A DNA stretch of 53,850 nt from assembly GCF_001194135.2 (NCBI RefSeq), contig NC_069006.1, positions 6,303,585 to 6,357,434 of the forward strand. The letters run 5' to 3'. A program made the translations under genes and the position numbers. This DNA is from Octopus bimaculoides. Its lineage: Eukaryota. The notes under the pieces are model-generated. The model saw only the letters and a list, made by a program, of their open reading frames with translations. It was not told the DNA's origin and did no database searches. Shown piece after piece: positions 10,165 through 21,254 of this stretch. Position 1 is the stretch's first letter, and every line of letters begins with the position of its first letter.

Positions 10165-12067
10165 CTGAAAAGAAAAAAAAAATTGCTGGTTATACTCGTG
10201 TGGATGACCAAATGTAATCAACAACAACAACAATAATAATAATTATGATTTCAAATTTTTGCCACAAGGGTAACTTGGGGGAGGGGATTGAGTCGATTAC
10301 ATCGACTCCAGTGCGTAGCTGGTACTTATTTAATCAACCCTGAAAGGATGAAATGCAAAGCTGACCTCAGTGGAATTTGAACTCAGAACACAAAGACAGA
10401 TGAAATACCGCTAAGCATTTTGTCCAGTGTGCTAACAGTTCTGCCATTTCGCAAATAATGGTAATTTGTAACATTGGTACAAGGCCATAAATAGGTGGGG
10501 GTGAGGGATAGAGTCAATTAATCAACCAACTGTTTGACTGGTAACTTCAAAAGATGAAAAGCAAAGTCAACCTAAGTGATATTTAAGCCATGAAAGTTGA
10601 GCCACATCCCTAAGTACTACAAGACATTTGTTCAACAACCACACCCTCCCAATTCTGTCAACCTAACAAACAGCAAAAGCCTAATGAAATATAAAAACAT
10701 GAAACTAAATATCTCACCATTTCCCATACCCACACATCTACATAGTGCATGCATGCATACATGCATACATACATACATACATACATACATACATACATAC
10801 ATACATACATACATACAGGGTTGGCCAAAAGTCACCTGACAGTAAATCAAAACCATTTAATTCCAAGATTTATTTATGTTTAACGACTGAATGAATTTAA
10901 TAAAAGCATCTAAATATGAAACACCATGAAAATTGTTCAAACTGAAGTCCTTCTTGAGCGACACATTTTTCCATTCAAGTCAATACAGAATTACAGATAG
11001 TATTTATGGAATTTTGATTTACTGTTGGGTGACTTCTGGCTATATATGTATATAGCCATCCAAAAAATCATGCCAGAAAAAAAATAAGCACTCGTATATT
11101 TGTTAATACAGTGGGTATATCAATCAAAGTATACAGTATTATAGATTCATTTCAGCTGATTTTAGCAATCAGTTTCCCATTGGCTGAAATGGATCTATAA
11201 TATCATATACTTTGATATATAAAGGCCACTTAACTTTCCTTTACACTGTTAGAAGCTCTCCTTTTTTGTTATTTTACTTGTATATATATATATACATATA
11301 TACGCACACGTACCTCTACATTTACTTAGTATATAAAAGTTAAGTCCAGAAATTTAGCTTTGAAAAGACTGAAGAGACACTTCTGCTCCGATGTTATTAC
11401 CCTGAAATAAGAGACGATTTACTTCAAAACTCTATAATCATTGCAAGTTTTTGCAAAAATAATGATGTTGGGCTAATTGCATTCTAAAAATTGTGTCTAA
11501 TCTCATTTCAAACACTTTCATTGCTGCCCAGAATGGATAAAAGAGGAACTTTTGAAGAAGGGAAAGAAGTGCGGCCTGTTTGATCCCTGATATAGATTAT
11601 CATTAATGTAATATGAGTCTATCAATGTTGCCAATAACTGATACAACAACTTTATTAACTTTTCCCTATTGTCGTTTATGGCTATCACATGTAAAAACAC
11701 CAGCCACGCATGTTTCAGCCAACATGGAGGATTAATACATGGTGAAAATATATCTTCTGTAGCATTCTCCTTTCATATTCTCAATGTAATAAATAGGTAA
11801 CGGATTTAAGTAAATGATTTTTTTTTTTTTAAAGTATCTCTCTTGCAGGTAATTCGATTGTTCATATTATTCTTTGACATGAAAAAGCATTAAATGTGTT
11901 TCATTCCCAGTCTTGCAATTATATCTTCATACAATAAAAATGAAGCAGCATCAATGCCCTAACTTCAGATATAAATTTGCTAGACACTCTCGTGGAAGAA
12001 TAAGGTTGAAGTACTGTAGTTGCTCTCCTGAACAAGTACTGAAAATGATTTGTGAGAAAATAGCAGT

Positions 12068-12116
<49 letters not shown>

Positions 12117-12890
12117 TCTATAGTAGCACTATTAAATTCTATTTCTAGTTTGGTATGTGCCAGATGGCTGGGGATAATGAGCAGTGTTTGACCGCATGCA
12201 AAATGCTGGAATAATCTTCCTAGATGGTTATCTGTTGCCAACCTGGGTAGAATGACTTGAGAGAGAGAGAGAGAGAGAGAGGACCAATGATTGATGTTTT
12301 TTGATGGATCAATAAAAAGCCCAAGCATTAGTCAGCTTAGTCACATTTCATATCACGACCGATTATAGATTACTAGTGGAGAAAAAATTAACTTCTACAC
12401 TGTTCAAAGAAAGAAATTGTAGCAAAGACTTTGCAAAGCCATAAAGGATAGTAAAAAGGACTTGCAAGAACAAAAACCATGATTAATATCTTAGAATAAT
12501 TCCACCAACCTTACCCGACCCCTGCCCCTCACCAAATTTGGCAGCAGATATTGAGAGACGTAGTAATAAGAAATTATTCTTTCTTCGTCAAACACAGAGA
12601 TGACAGCTTATTTCCTTCAAAAATAAATATCTTCTTGTTATCTTTTTCTTATATATCATGGTTTTTTGCCTTTTTTTTTTTTTAAGCTTTGATGTTTTCC
12701 CAAAAAGTTATTTCAAGACAACAGTGAGATTTGAGAATGTTGATTCAAAGCTTAAATTGTAATTATATTAATATCATATTTATTCTGCCTTTACCGAGTG
12801 TATTGTTAGAAATAATGAAATATTAAAATATTTCTCATAGCATCTGACTTACGCATGTTTGTTTGAGTCAAGATGCCGATGGTAACTCAC
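10165..12890 (-). other. CAMTA: CAMTA intron (2726 nt, GT-AG, phase 1) between the two exons
   Basis: Starts gtgagt at 12890 and ends ttttttttcttttcag at 10165. It contains two SINE copies and (ACAT)n, (AAT)n and (GA)n repeats. Confidence 0.7.
10250..10592 (-). mobile_element. Two SINE family B copies about 85 nt upstream of the CAMTA CG-1 exon acceptor
   Basis: gccacaagg...ctggtacttatttaatcaaccctgaaaggatgaaatgcaaagctgacctcagtggaatttgaactcagaac...accgctaagcattttg...ctaacagttctgcca (10250-10452), plus a partial copy at about 10470-10592. Confidence 0.85.
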
Positions 12891-12948
12891 CTTCTACACA
12901 TACATCACGGAGCACACAGTAAAATGTACCTCTCTGTGTTTTTATATG
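12891..12948 (-). CDS. CAMTA: Probable upstream coding exon of CAMTA (58 nt, phase 0 to phase 1)
   Basis: Minus strand reads ctttgtttagtctag|CAT ATA AAA ACA CAG AGA GGT ACA TTT TAC TGT GTG CTC CGT GAT GTA TGT GTA GAA G|gtgagt = HIKTQRGTFYCVLRDVCVE. The donor is consensus (AAG|GTGAGT). The phase-1 end joins the 10164 exon in frame (G+AA = Glu). GTFYCVL resembles GTSTYCVL in the corresponding human CAMTA1 exon as I recall it. The acceptor could instead be at 12933 (acacag|AGA), also phase 0. Confidence 0.72.
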
Positions 12949-13477
12949 CTAGACTAAACAAAGATTCCTATTTGAATAAAACATTTAAAAAACAAGGATA
13001 AAGTATGCCAAAAGTTGTTGACTTCAACCAGAATACTAAAATGGTTGTCATAGTGATAGCAATGTAAATTCCTTGCTAATCCATCATAATGTAATCTAGG
13101 TGGGGGGAAAGAAGGTTGATTTTCAGTATGGCAGATGGTCTTAGGAAAACAATTTGAATTATCAAACACTGAAACATTGTTGTTTTTGTGGTGACCATCA
13201 TTCAAATTCAATATCCAAAGATGTCAAATATGCCGTCGTTAAAAATGATGCCTCAAATCACATAAGCAAAGATGGAGAATCCACCATTTATATTGAAATG
13301 GACACAGGGTTCTGCTTTCTGATGGTTTGTTTAGGTTTATGTACTTTATAAATTCGTTGGCAGTGGTGTTGGACCAACCCCTCACTAGTAATGTATGCTG
13401 ATGAGTGGGGGAACCTTTTTTTATGATAAGCTGAAACAATCGCAAAACTTTGTTTCAGACTATGCAAATATGGCTGA

Positions 13478-13516
<39 letters not shown>

Positions 13517-13549
13517 ATCTATACATACATATATACCACATATGCAGGG

Positions 13550-13825
13550 CTGCATGGCCTAGATGTTAGGGGTTTGCACAAACAATCATGAGACCATGGT
13601 TTCAATTCCAGGACTGAGCGGTGTGCTGCACTCTTGAACAAAACACTTCATTTTACATTGGTGAGCAACCAATTGAACACCTGACATGTGGCATACCATG
13701 CACCTGTTCAGGTAATGTTGATTTGATGGAAGGAAAGAGCTCATGTGAAGCACAAATGTTTGATAACTATAAAAACATATCATTTGTGCAGGTTGTTCAG
13801 CAAGAAATTGCAGAACACTCGTTAA
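13550..13825 (+). mobile_element. tRNA-derived SINE-like element (family F)
   Basis: gcatggcctagatgttagg (A-box-like) and ggtttcaattccagg (B-box-like), followed by gcactcttgaacaaaacacttcattttac. Confidence 0.6.
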
Positions 13826-14697
13826 TTATCTATGACAAGAGAGTCTACCACACACACACACACACACACACACATATCATAATTATCATCATCATAATGG
13901 GTATGTGCTTGACTCACTACTCGACAACAAGTGTGTGCCAAAAAGCATTGGAAGTTGGCAAACGGGGGGGGGGGCGGTTGTCAGTGTCCCCATGCCAGCT
14001 ACTAAGTCAGCTCCGAATTGGGAGACGTAAAGAATAGCCAGAATGAAACACCTGTCAGAGACGACGAAGAAGAGCTCAGTGTGGTTATGGGCGAAAAGGA
14101 ATGATGGATGGAACTGAAACGGAACAAAACACAGGAGGAAGGAAACCCAATTTGAAAAGTTCATGCAGTGGTCTTTGTGGCTGAGCAATAAGCACACCCA
14201 AAAGTTCTGAATTCAATCCCTACTGAAGGTGGCATTTAAATAACAGCAGGGGGATGCCTAGGAGTCACTACCTAGGTGCATTCAGCTCCCTTCGAGTGTC
14301 AGGAAAGAATGGGCCGAAACACCTGTTCGTTCTTCCTCTGAAGAGTTCACCCACTGTCGGCTTGCCCTGTATGAGTTTCCACTCAAAAAAGAGAGACTGA
14401 TAACGAGTACCAGGCATTGAAAAAATAAGGTACTGCCCCAGCATGGTCGCAGTCCAGTGACTGAAGGAATAAAGAAAATATATATGCTTGTGTTTGTACG
14501 TACACATAATTGTGCCAGTGCTTGTCTTCAATGTCAACATATAATCACTGAAACCTCAAATACTTCTAATTCCAAACACTTGAAACGTTGTCCATAACAA
14601 TCAGAAATTCTGGATTTTATTACGTTTGATTTCAATATTTCCATCATTAATTAATTCAACAATTAAGGACATTATCCCAATATCTTTTTGTTTTTTA

Positions 14698-15088
14698 GGT
14701 GTGGCAGTGTGGTAAGAGGTTTGCTTCCCAACCATATGGTTCTGGGTTCAGTGTGGCACCTTGGGCAGGTGTCTTCTAGTATAACTCTGGGCCAACCAAA
14801 GTCTTGAGTGGATTTGGTAGAAGGAAGCTGAAAGAAACCTGTTATATGCGTGTGCGTGTGTGTGTGTGTGTATGCTTGTGTCTGTGGTTGTCTCCCACCA
14901 CTGCTTGACAACTGGTGTTTGTGTGTTTATGTCCATGTAACTTAACGGTTCAGCAAAAGAGTTTAATAGAATAAGTACCAGTTTTAAAAAAATAACTACT
15001 GGGATCAATTTGTTTGACTAGAATCCTTCAAGGTAGTGCCCCAGCATGGCCACAGTCAAATTACTAATACAAGTAAAGGATAAAAGAC
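14698..15088 (+). mobile_element. SINE family A copy
   Basis: ggtgtggcagtgtggtaagaggtttgcttcccaacc...tagaataagtaccag...gccccagcatggccacagtcaaattactaatacaagtaaaggataaaag. Confidence 0.88.
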
Positions 15089-16386
15089 CCATTCCTGGAA
15101 CATCTGCTTAGTGTGATCGCACATGGTGATGAGTACACTGATGACAACAACAATTATTATAACGATGATGATGATTATTATATGGACATAAGTACTTGTA
15201 GTCTACGAAGGTATCAGTTGCTGTGGAGGTGGGTGGGGTACAGAGGCTGCTTATATTTCATCTGTCAGCATTGCACAACGCATCAAACGAAGGATACTCA
15301 AACCGCCGTATCAAACACAGAATTTCCGATGACAAAACAGATAATGCTATTATATACTATTAGCAAATTAATCTTAAACAAGTTTCTCTCCTTCACTCAT
15401 TCAGAGCCTGTCCAAATCTCAGTCTTTTCTTTTTTTTTTTTTTCCCTTTTTTTTTTGCAAATGAAGAGTTTGCTAAACTCCTAATGATGTTATTTTATTC
15501 TCAATATTAGTTTGGTCATTAGCTCTCCATATCAGAAAACACCACCTCAAATCACAACACTTGACTGAGCCAGTAAGAGATATTGTATCAACATTAATCC
15601 CTGTCTGGCTTTCGATCTAAATAACTTCACTGCTACGTCAGCTCAATTTGTCCAATCAGGTGTGTGAGTGGGGGAGGAGGAGGAGGTGGTGGTGGTGGTG
15701 GTGGTCATTATCAATTGTTACTTTGATCTGGACTATATTTAACATGGGATACTTAGTAGCGGTCAGTTTCATTTACTCTTCTGTTGCAATGTGATTGGGA
15801 TATTGCTCTTGGAATTGGTTTTGGCATGTTTTAGCATTGATTGCTGTGTGTCCATGTCAGTGTATCAGTTGATGTGTGTTTGTGTAGGAGTGAGTGTATG
15901 TATTTGTAGAATGTGTTTGCAAATATGTGTGCTTTAGATGTGTGTGTGTGATGCATAGATAGATGTAGGCATGTCTCTATGTATTTATATATATGCATGA
16001 GTTTGTATATAAGTATCTGTGTGTGGTGTTGGCAGACATGCTTGCATATCTATATGTTTATATATGTGTGCGCGTGTGTGTGAGCTTAAATATATTTGTG
16101 TATAAACCAATCATATCAGCATTATTAACGAACTAGCTCTTTGTTTGCTACCATGATGGCTCTCTCTCTCTCTCCCCAGCATCTGCCCCTCCCCCACCAT
16201 CCTTATCGTTACATAACTCCATAACCATTATTCATGGCATGTGGACATGGCAAATATCAATTATTCAATTTATGTTGTGTACTTCACAATTTCCCTTACT
16301 TTTATTTTTTTATATTCACAATTTACAAATATAAGACTTGATTTTGTAAACTGTATGAAGTAGGATTTAAACCTCCGCAATAGATG

Positions 16387-16785
16387 CAGGTGTGGTTGTG
16401 TGGTAAGAAGTTTATGACCCAACCACATGGTTCTAGGCTCAGTCCCACTGTGTGACACCTTTGGCAAGTGTCTTCTATTATAACTTTGGGCCAATCAAAG
16501 CCTTATGGGTGGATTTAGTTGATGGAAACTGTAAGAAGCCTGTCGTATATGTATGTGTGTGCATGTGTGTGTGTCTGTCTCCCATCACTGCTTGACAAAT
16601 GGTGTTGGTGTGTTTATGTCCCATAACTTAGCAGTTCAGCAAAAGAGACCAATAAAATAAGTACCAGGCTTTAAAGAAGGAAAAAAAGTTAAAGTCCGGG
16701 GTCGATTCATTTGACTAAAATTCTTCAAGGCAGTGCCCCAGCATGGTCACAGTCTAATGGCTGAAACAAGTAAAATATAAAAGAT
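16387..16785 (+). mobile_element. SINE family A copy
   Basis: gcaggtgtggttgtgtggtaagaagttt...aataagtaccaggc...ggggtcgattcatttgact...gcatggtcacagtctaatggctgaaacaagtaaaa. Confidence 0.88.
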
Positions 16786-16804
16786 ATTATTGGTATTTTG
16801 TGAG

Positions 16805-17605
16805 GTATGTAATAATCCTTTTTAGTAATAGGCAAAAGGTCTGAAAGTTTTTTTGGGGGGTGGGGGGTGGGCAACTCCAGAGTATCACTGGTATTTAGCT
16901 CACCCCAAAAGGATAAAAGGCAAAGTAGACCTTAGTGGAATTTGAACTCACAATCTAAAGACAGATGAAATGCCACTAAGCATTTTGTCCAGAGCACCAA
17001 TGATTCTTCCAACTCACTGCCTTAGTAGTAGTAGTAGTAGTAGTAGTAATAATGATAATGATAATTCTTTCTACTGGATACACAAGACCTCAAATTTGGG
17101 GGAAGGGATTAAGTCAACTACATCAACCCCAGTGCGTAACTGGTACTTATTTAATCGACCCCGAAAGGATGAAAGGCAAAGTCAACTTCAGCGGAATTTG
17201 AACTCAGAACATGTTATATCGCACGTGCGGATGACCTCTACTCAACTCTCACTTCCGACAACTTGACTCTGTTGAACTCGACGTCTAGTCTACCGACAGC
17301 TCCATCTCGCTCTATCGCTCTCTTTTCATCTAGCTATTTATACATATTGGACTAGCCTACTTATCGCCTGGGGGCGTCCACACAACAGAATGTAAGAATG
17401 GATGAAATACTGCTAAGCATTTTGCCTGGCATGCTAACAACTGTGCCAGCTCACTGCCAATGATAATAATAATATTTATTTCATCCACCCCAAAATGTTG
17501 TAAGACAGCTGACCTCAGTGGAATTTGAACTCAGAATGTGAAAACTGATGAAATGTTGGTAAGCATTTTTCCAGTGTGCTAATGATTCTGCCAGCTCACC
17601 ACCTT
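16805..17605 (-). mobile_element. Cluster of three SINE family B copies, the middle one interrupted by an LTR-like insert
   Basis: ggaatttgaactca occurs at about 16937, 17193 and 17520, each followed by ...aagcattt...ccagctcac/ccaactcac. Confidence 0.85.
17212..17387 (-). mobile_element. 176-bp solo-LTR-like insertion (TGTT...AACA, 5-bp TSD)
   Basis: Termini are TGTT (17212-15) and AACA (17384-87). The flanks GAACA (17207-11) and GAATG (17388-92) are both single CpG-transition products of GAACG. TATAAATA lies on the minus strand at 17335-17342. The insert is CpG-rich relative to its host SINE. Confidence 0.7.
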
Positions 17606-17649
17606 AATCATAACAATAACAATTTTTAATATTATTAATGTTATTATTG

Positions 17650-17870
17650 TCCATTTCGCTTCTCAGAGCGCTCACTTTCGCTTGCTCTGGCTAATTCTGT
17701 AAGAGCAGACAACAACCTATAGTGAAAGGTCTCAGACGGTCTTCTGCCATGATGCTTAATACCCAAGTACCAGTCTCAAAATCCTCGCTCTCCTCAATAT
17801 AGTAGTTTTCTGAGCAGGTTCTACCCTCATGTTGTTCCCAATTTTACCAACAAATTTCTCAAAAATAATC
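17650..17870 (-). mobile_element. 3' end of an R4/Dong-like (RLE-type) non-LTR retrotransposon
   Basis: Minus frame FEKFVGKIGNNMRVEPAQKTTILRRARILRLVLGY* (stop at 17756-58), then a short 3' UTR and an (AAT/AAC)n tail. Confidence 0.6.
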
Positions 17871-18177
17871 GCTTCCAACTATCATAATTATTATGGCCCG
17901 ACTCTAAGTATGTGCCTGTAGATTGGAGAACAGTAGAGAAGGCTCATGTTTTTGGTTGTCAGGGTAATCCTGGATCTGTAGGGTTCTTTGATTGGTCCTA
18001 GTTAGAGTTTCTCCTGTATCAGGAAGACTGCATCATTCATACTATCACATACTTCATATACTTTTATAGCATTTCACTATCTTTTCTATTTCTTTCACCT
18101 CATCCTGTATATAAATCCCCACATAAATTGTCTGTTCTTGTGATGACCTGTCATCTATGCCCCTTAGGCTTATAAAA

Positions 18178-18180
18178 TAA

Positions 18181-18222
<42 letters not shown>

Positions 18223-18551
18223 GACGTTGCACAGTATATAATATCATGAAGTTGTTGATTGAAGATATTGTACCTACAGGGTGTTTGTACTGTTGGTTAA
18301 GTCACAACAAGGACCTCAGACAGACAATACTTTACACAATATGTGTGCAGTTCCAAGTAATGCCGACTTTTGCAATACACCTAGATTGTATTGTAGGGTA
18401 TTTCTGAAGTTTCCAGATATTTCTTCAGGTTGGGTGGTATTGAATCCAATGCTTCAATGACAATAGAGATAACCTTTATGTTCAACTCTTGTAGTTGCCA
18501 CATCTTAGCAATTTCAATTCTCAGGTCTCCATATTTATCAACCTTTCCTCT
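18178..18551 (-). mobile_element. 3' end of an R4/Dong-like (RLE-type) non-LTR retrotransposon
   Basis: Minus frame RGKVDKYGDLRIEIAKMWQLQELNIKVISIVIEALDSIPPNLKKYLETSEIPYN(frameshift)LGVLQKSALLGTAHILCKVLSV* (stop at 18316-18). It contains the KxxKY motif of the restriction-like endonuclease C-terminus and is followed by a 3' UTR and a (TAA)n tail at 18178-18221. Confidence 0.8.
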
Positions 18552-20300
18552 TTCTATCAATTATTATTATTATTATCATCATCATCATCAATGTTTCATT
18601 TTGTGTAGAATATATTCTGGCTGTTACTGAGTTAAAAAACAAGTTTTGTTCCTTTTTTTACTACTTGGTGAGACGAACATAGAAACAATAGTTCGAAAAG
18701 GTTCAACAGAACACAAGAAACCTTCAAATCTATTTTGGTTCATTTTTTTTTTCTTTCTTCCACAAAATTTTAATTTTTGGTTTTAGTCACAGACTTTTAT
18801 TTAATTTGAGCTGAACATGTCACAACATTGCTTAACAAATTACTTTTGTCTTTCATAAATTGAATCAATTTGTTTAGCAAACCTTAAACCTTTCATGAAA
18901 ACTTCTTGCTCATTTCCTGAAGATTCAGCATCGAACGAATAAAGGAACGAATGAATGAATAAATAAATAAACAAATAAATAAACAAATAATTGTATATTT
19001 TAAAAAATGAAATAAATAAAATATTAAAAAAAAAAACCCTACCAGCCACCTTGCACTGTTGAATCAATTAAATAATGCCATAACTAGTTTCCAAGTTTAA
19101 TGGGTGGAAACAGACAAAACAAAAATAAAAGTGTGTGTGGAGTGGCAGGTCAGGAATGGGTGGGTGGTATTAAGAAGTAATAAAACAAAAGAGGTGGGGG
19201 GGAGAAAGAAAATTAGAGAGAGAATTAAGGAGAGGTAGAGAAAGAAAAGGAGAGAGATAGATAGATAGAGAAGGAAAGATAGAGAGAGAGAGAGAGAAAG
19301 AGAGAAGGAGATGGTGTGCAAGCTTCAGTGAACATTTCTTAGAAGCTGTAAATGTAATCAATAGAAAGCTACGGGTTCTTGGCAGTCTAATTTCTACACT
19401 GGAGTCTGCTACAGAATAGTCAGTGACACTGGCAGGAACTGATAGTCTTGTAATACTTGCTTATTTCCTTCCATTTGTTGAAATAACATTAAGACACAGA
19501 AAAAAAAGAAAAGAAAAGAAAAGAAAAAATGTAAAGAAACACTAAATTTCTGTCAATGTTTCACATTTGTGTAAATAAATTCTAATTAATTTGCATCCAT
19601 CAAAAACAGAGTGTTTTTGTTTGTTTTCATTTTGCAAAAACAAAATTCATAAATAAATTAAAGTTAAAAAAAAACAAGGTTTCTGATGAAATAAAATCAA
19701 AATTTTTTTCCTCTTTTTGTTTTTGTATGTAATTATTAAAACATAACTTTATTCTCATCAGATATTCATCTCTGCAATGATATTTGAAAAACTGTTTCTA
19801 ATATATATTAAGGACAACTTTATATCAAAGAAGGAGAGCATAAGTTCAAACAGAGCCAAAACAACAAGCCTCCTTGCCTCAGTATGCCTGGCTGCAAATG
19901 GGAACAACTTTAACATGCCTGATACATAACATTGGTAAAGCTGTTTGGTGTCAAGAAATACTTCAGTTCTAATTCAGAGTTTTATCCTCTTTAAAACTCA
20001 GCAAAACCCCACACCTGAGTACTACTACTATATCTATGATTGTGCTGGAGTCACAGTGACAAATATTTCAGACAACATTCAGAAAAATGCCAACTGATTA
20101 GCAGTTGATAAGAAACCCTTATCAACATCTCTTGCACTCAATGACATTTTGTCCACACAGTCTTTCCAATTCATCCACATTTATTTCTCCTCGGCAGATC
20201 TCAATTTCTGGCACAAGTTCTGACGGAACATCAACTGTATCAGTCTTATGAGTCTGTGGAAGTTCCTGAATAGTCACAGTAACTATTCATCTAATTAATT

Positions 20301-20460
20301 GTGGTAAGAAGTTTGCTTCCCAACAACACAGTTCCAGGTTCAGTCCCACTGTGTGGCACCTTGGGCAGGTGTCTTTTGCTATAGCCTCAGGCTGACCAAA
20401 GCCTTGTCAGTGGATTTGGAAGACAGAAACTGAAACAAGCCTGTTGTGTGTGTGTGTATG

Positions 20461-20513
<53 letters not shown>

Positions 20514-20720
20514 ATCATTGCTTCACAACTGGTATTGGTCTGTTTACATCCCCATAACTTAGCAGTTTGGCAAAAGAGACTGATAGAATAAGTATCAGGC
20601 TTAAAAAAAAAAACAAGTCCTGGGACCAATTCATTCGACTCAAATTTCTCCAAGATGGTGCCCCAACAAGGCTGTAGTCTAATAACCCAACATAAGTAAA
20701 AGATTAACGATAAAAGATAA
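20301..20720 (+). mobile_element. SINE family A copy with a 10-bp target-site duplication
   Basis: CTAATTAATT at 20291-20300 and 20721-20730 flanks a family A element (gtggtaagaagtttgcttccc...taagtaaaagattaacgataaaagataa). Confidence 0.9.
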
Positions 20721-21254
20721 CTAATTAATTTTAAAATAAACTAAATACATGAATGTATACCTGCTTATGTGATTAACTAATAAGTAATTAACTATATTAA
20801 TTACTTTTGCAAGATGTTATTGCTAAGACATATTTCTTGCTAATAGTAACAATTTATGAATCGGATAAGAACTTGAAATAGTAGAGTCAGAAGCTAAAGG
20901 TCTAGTGATATATAATTTTGTCTCCTCAATGTTTGCAGTTCAAATACCACTTAGTCTGACTTTGTTCTGTGTCAGTCAATAAAATAATGTCAGGAATTTA
21001 CTTGGGTTAATTCAATCTAGAGATTTGCCTCCCACCAACAAATCATATTTATCTTATGCCAAATCAGGAAGATACCAATATATTAGCCATTCATTGAGTC
21101 TTGTGGAGAGAGAGAAAGGAAAAGAGAGAAGGAGGGATAGGGAGGAAAGGAGAGGAGGGGGGAGAGAGAGTTTCTTTCTCACTAGGGCAAAGAAATGAAT
21201 ATGTTTACACAAGATCAAAGATAGATTTTGAACTTATAAACTTTGAGTATGTAT

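Noticed and set aside
11037-11058. Hairpin tggctatata-tg-tatatagcca
   Set aside because: It is mostly (TA)n self-complementarity and is expected by chance.
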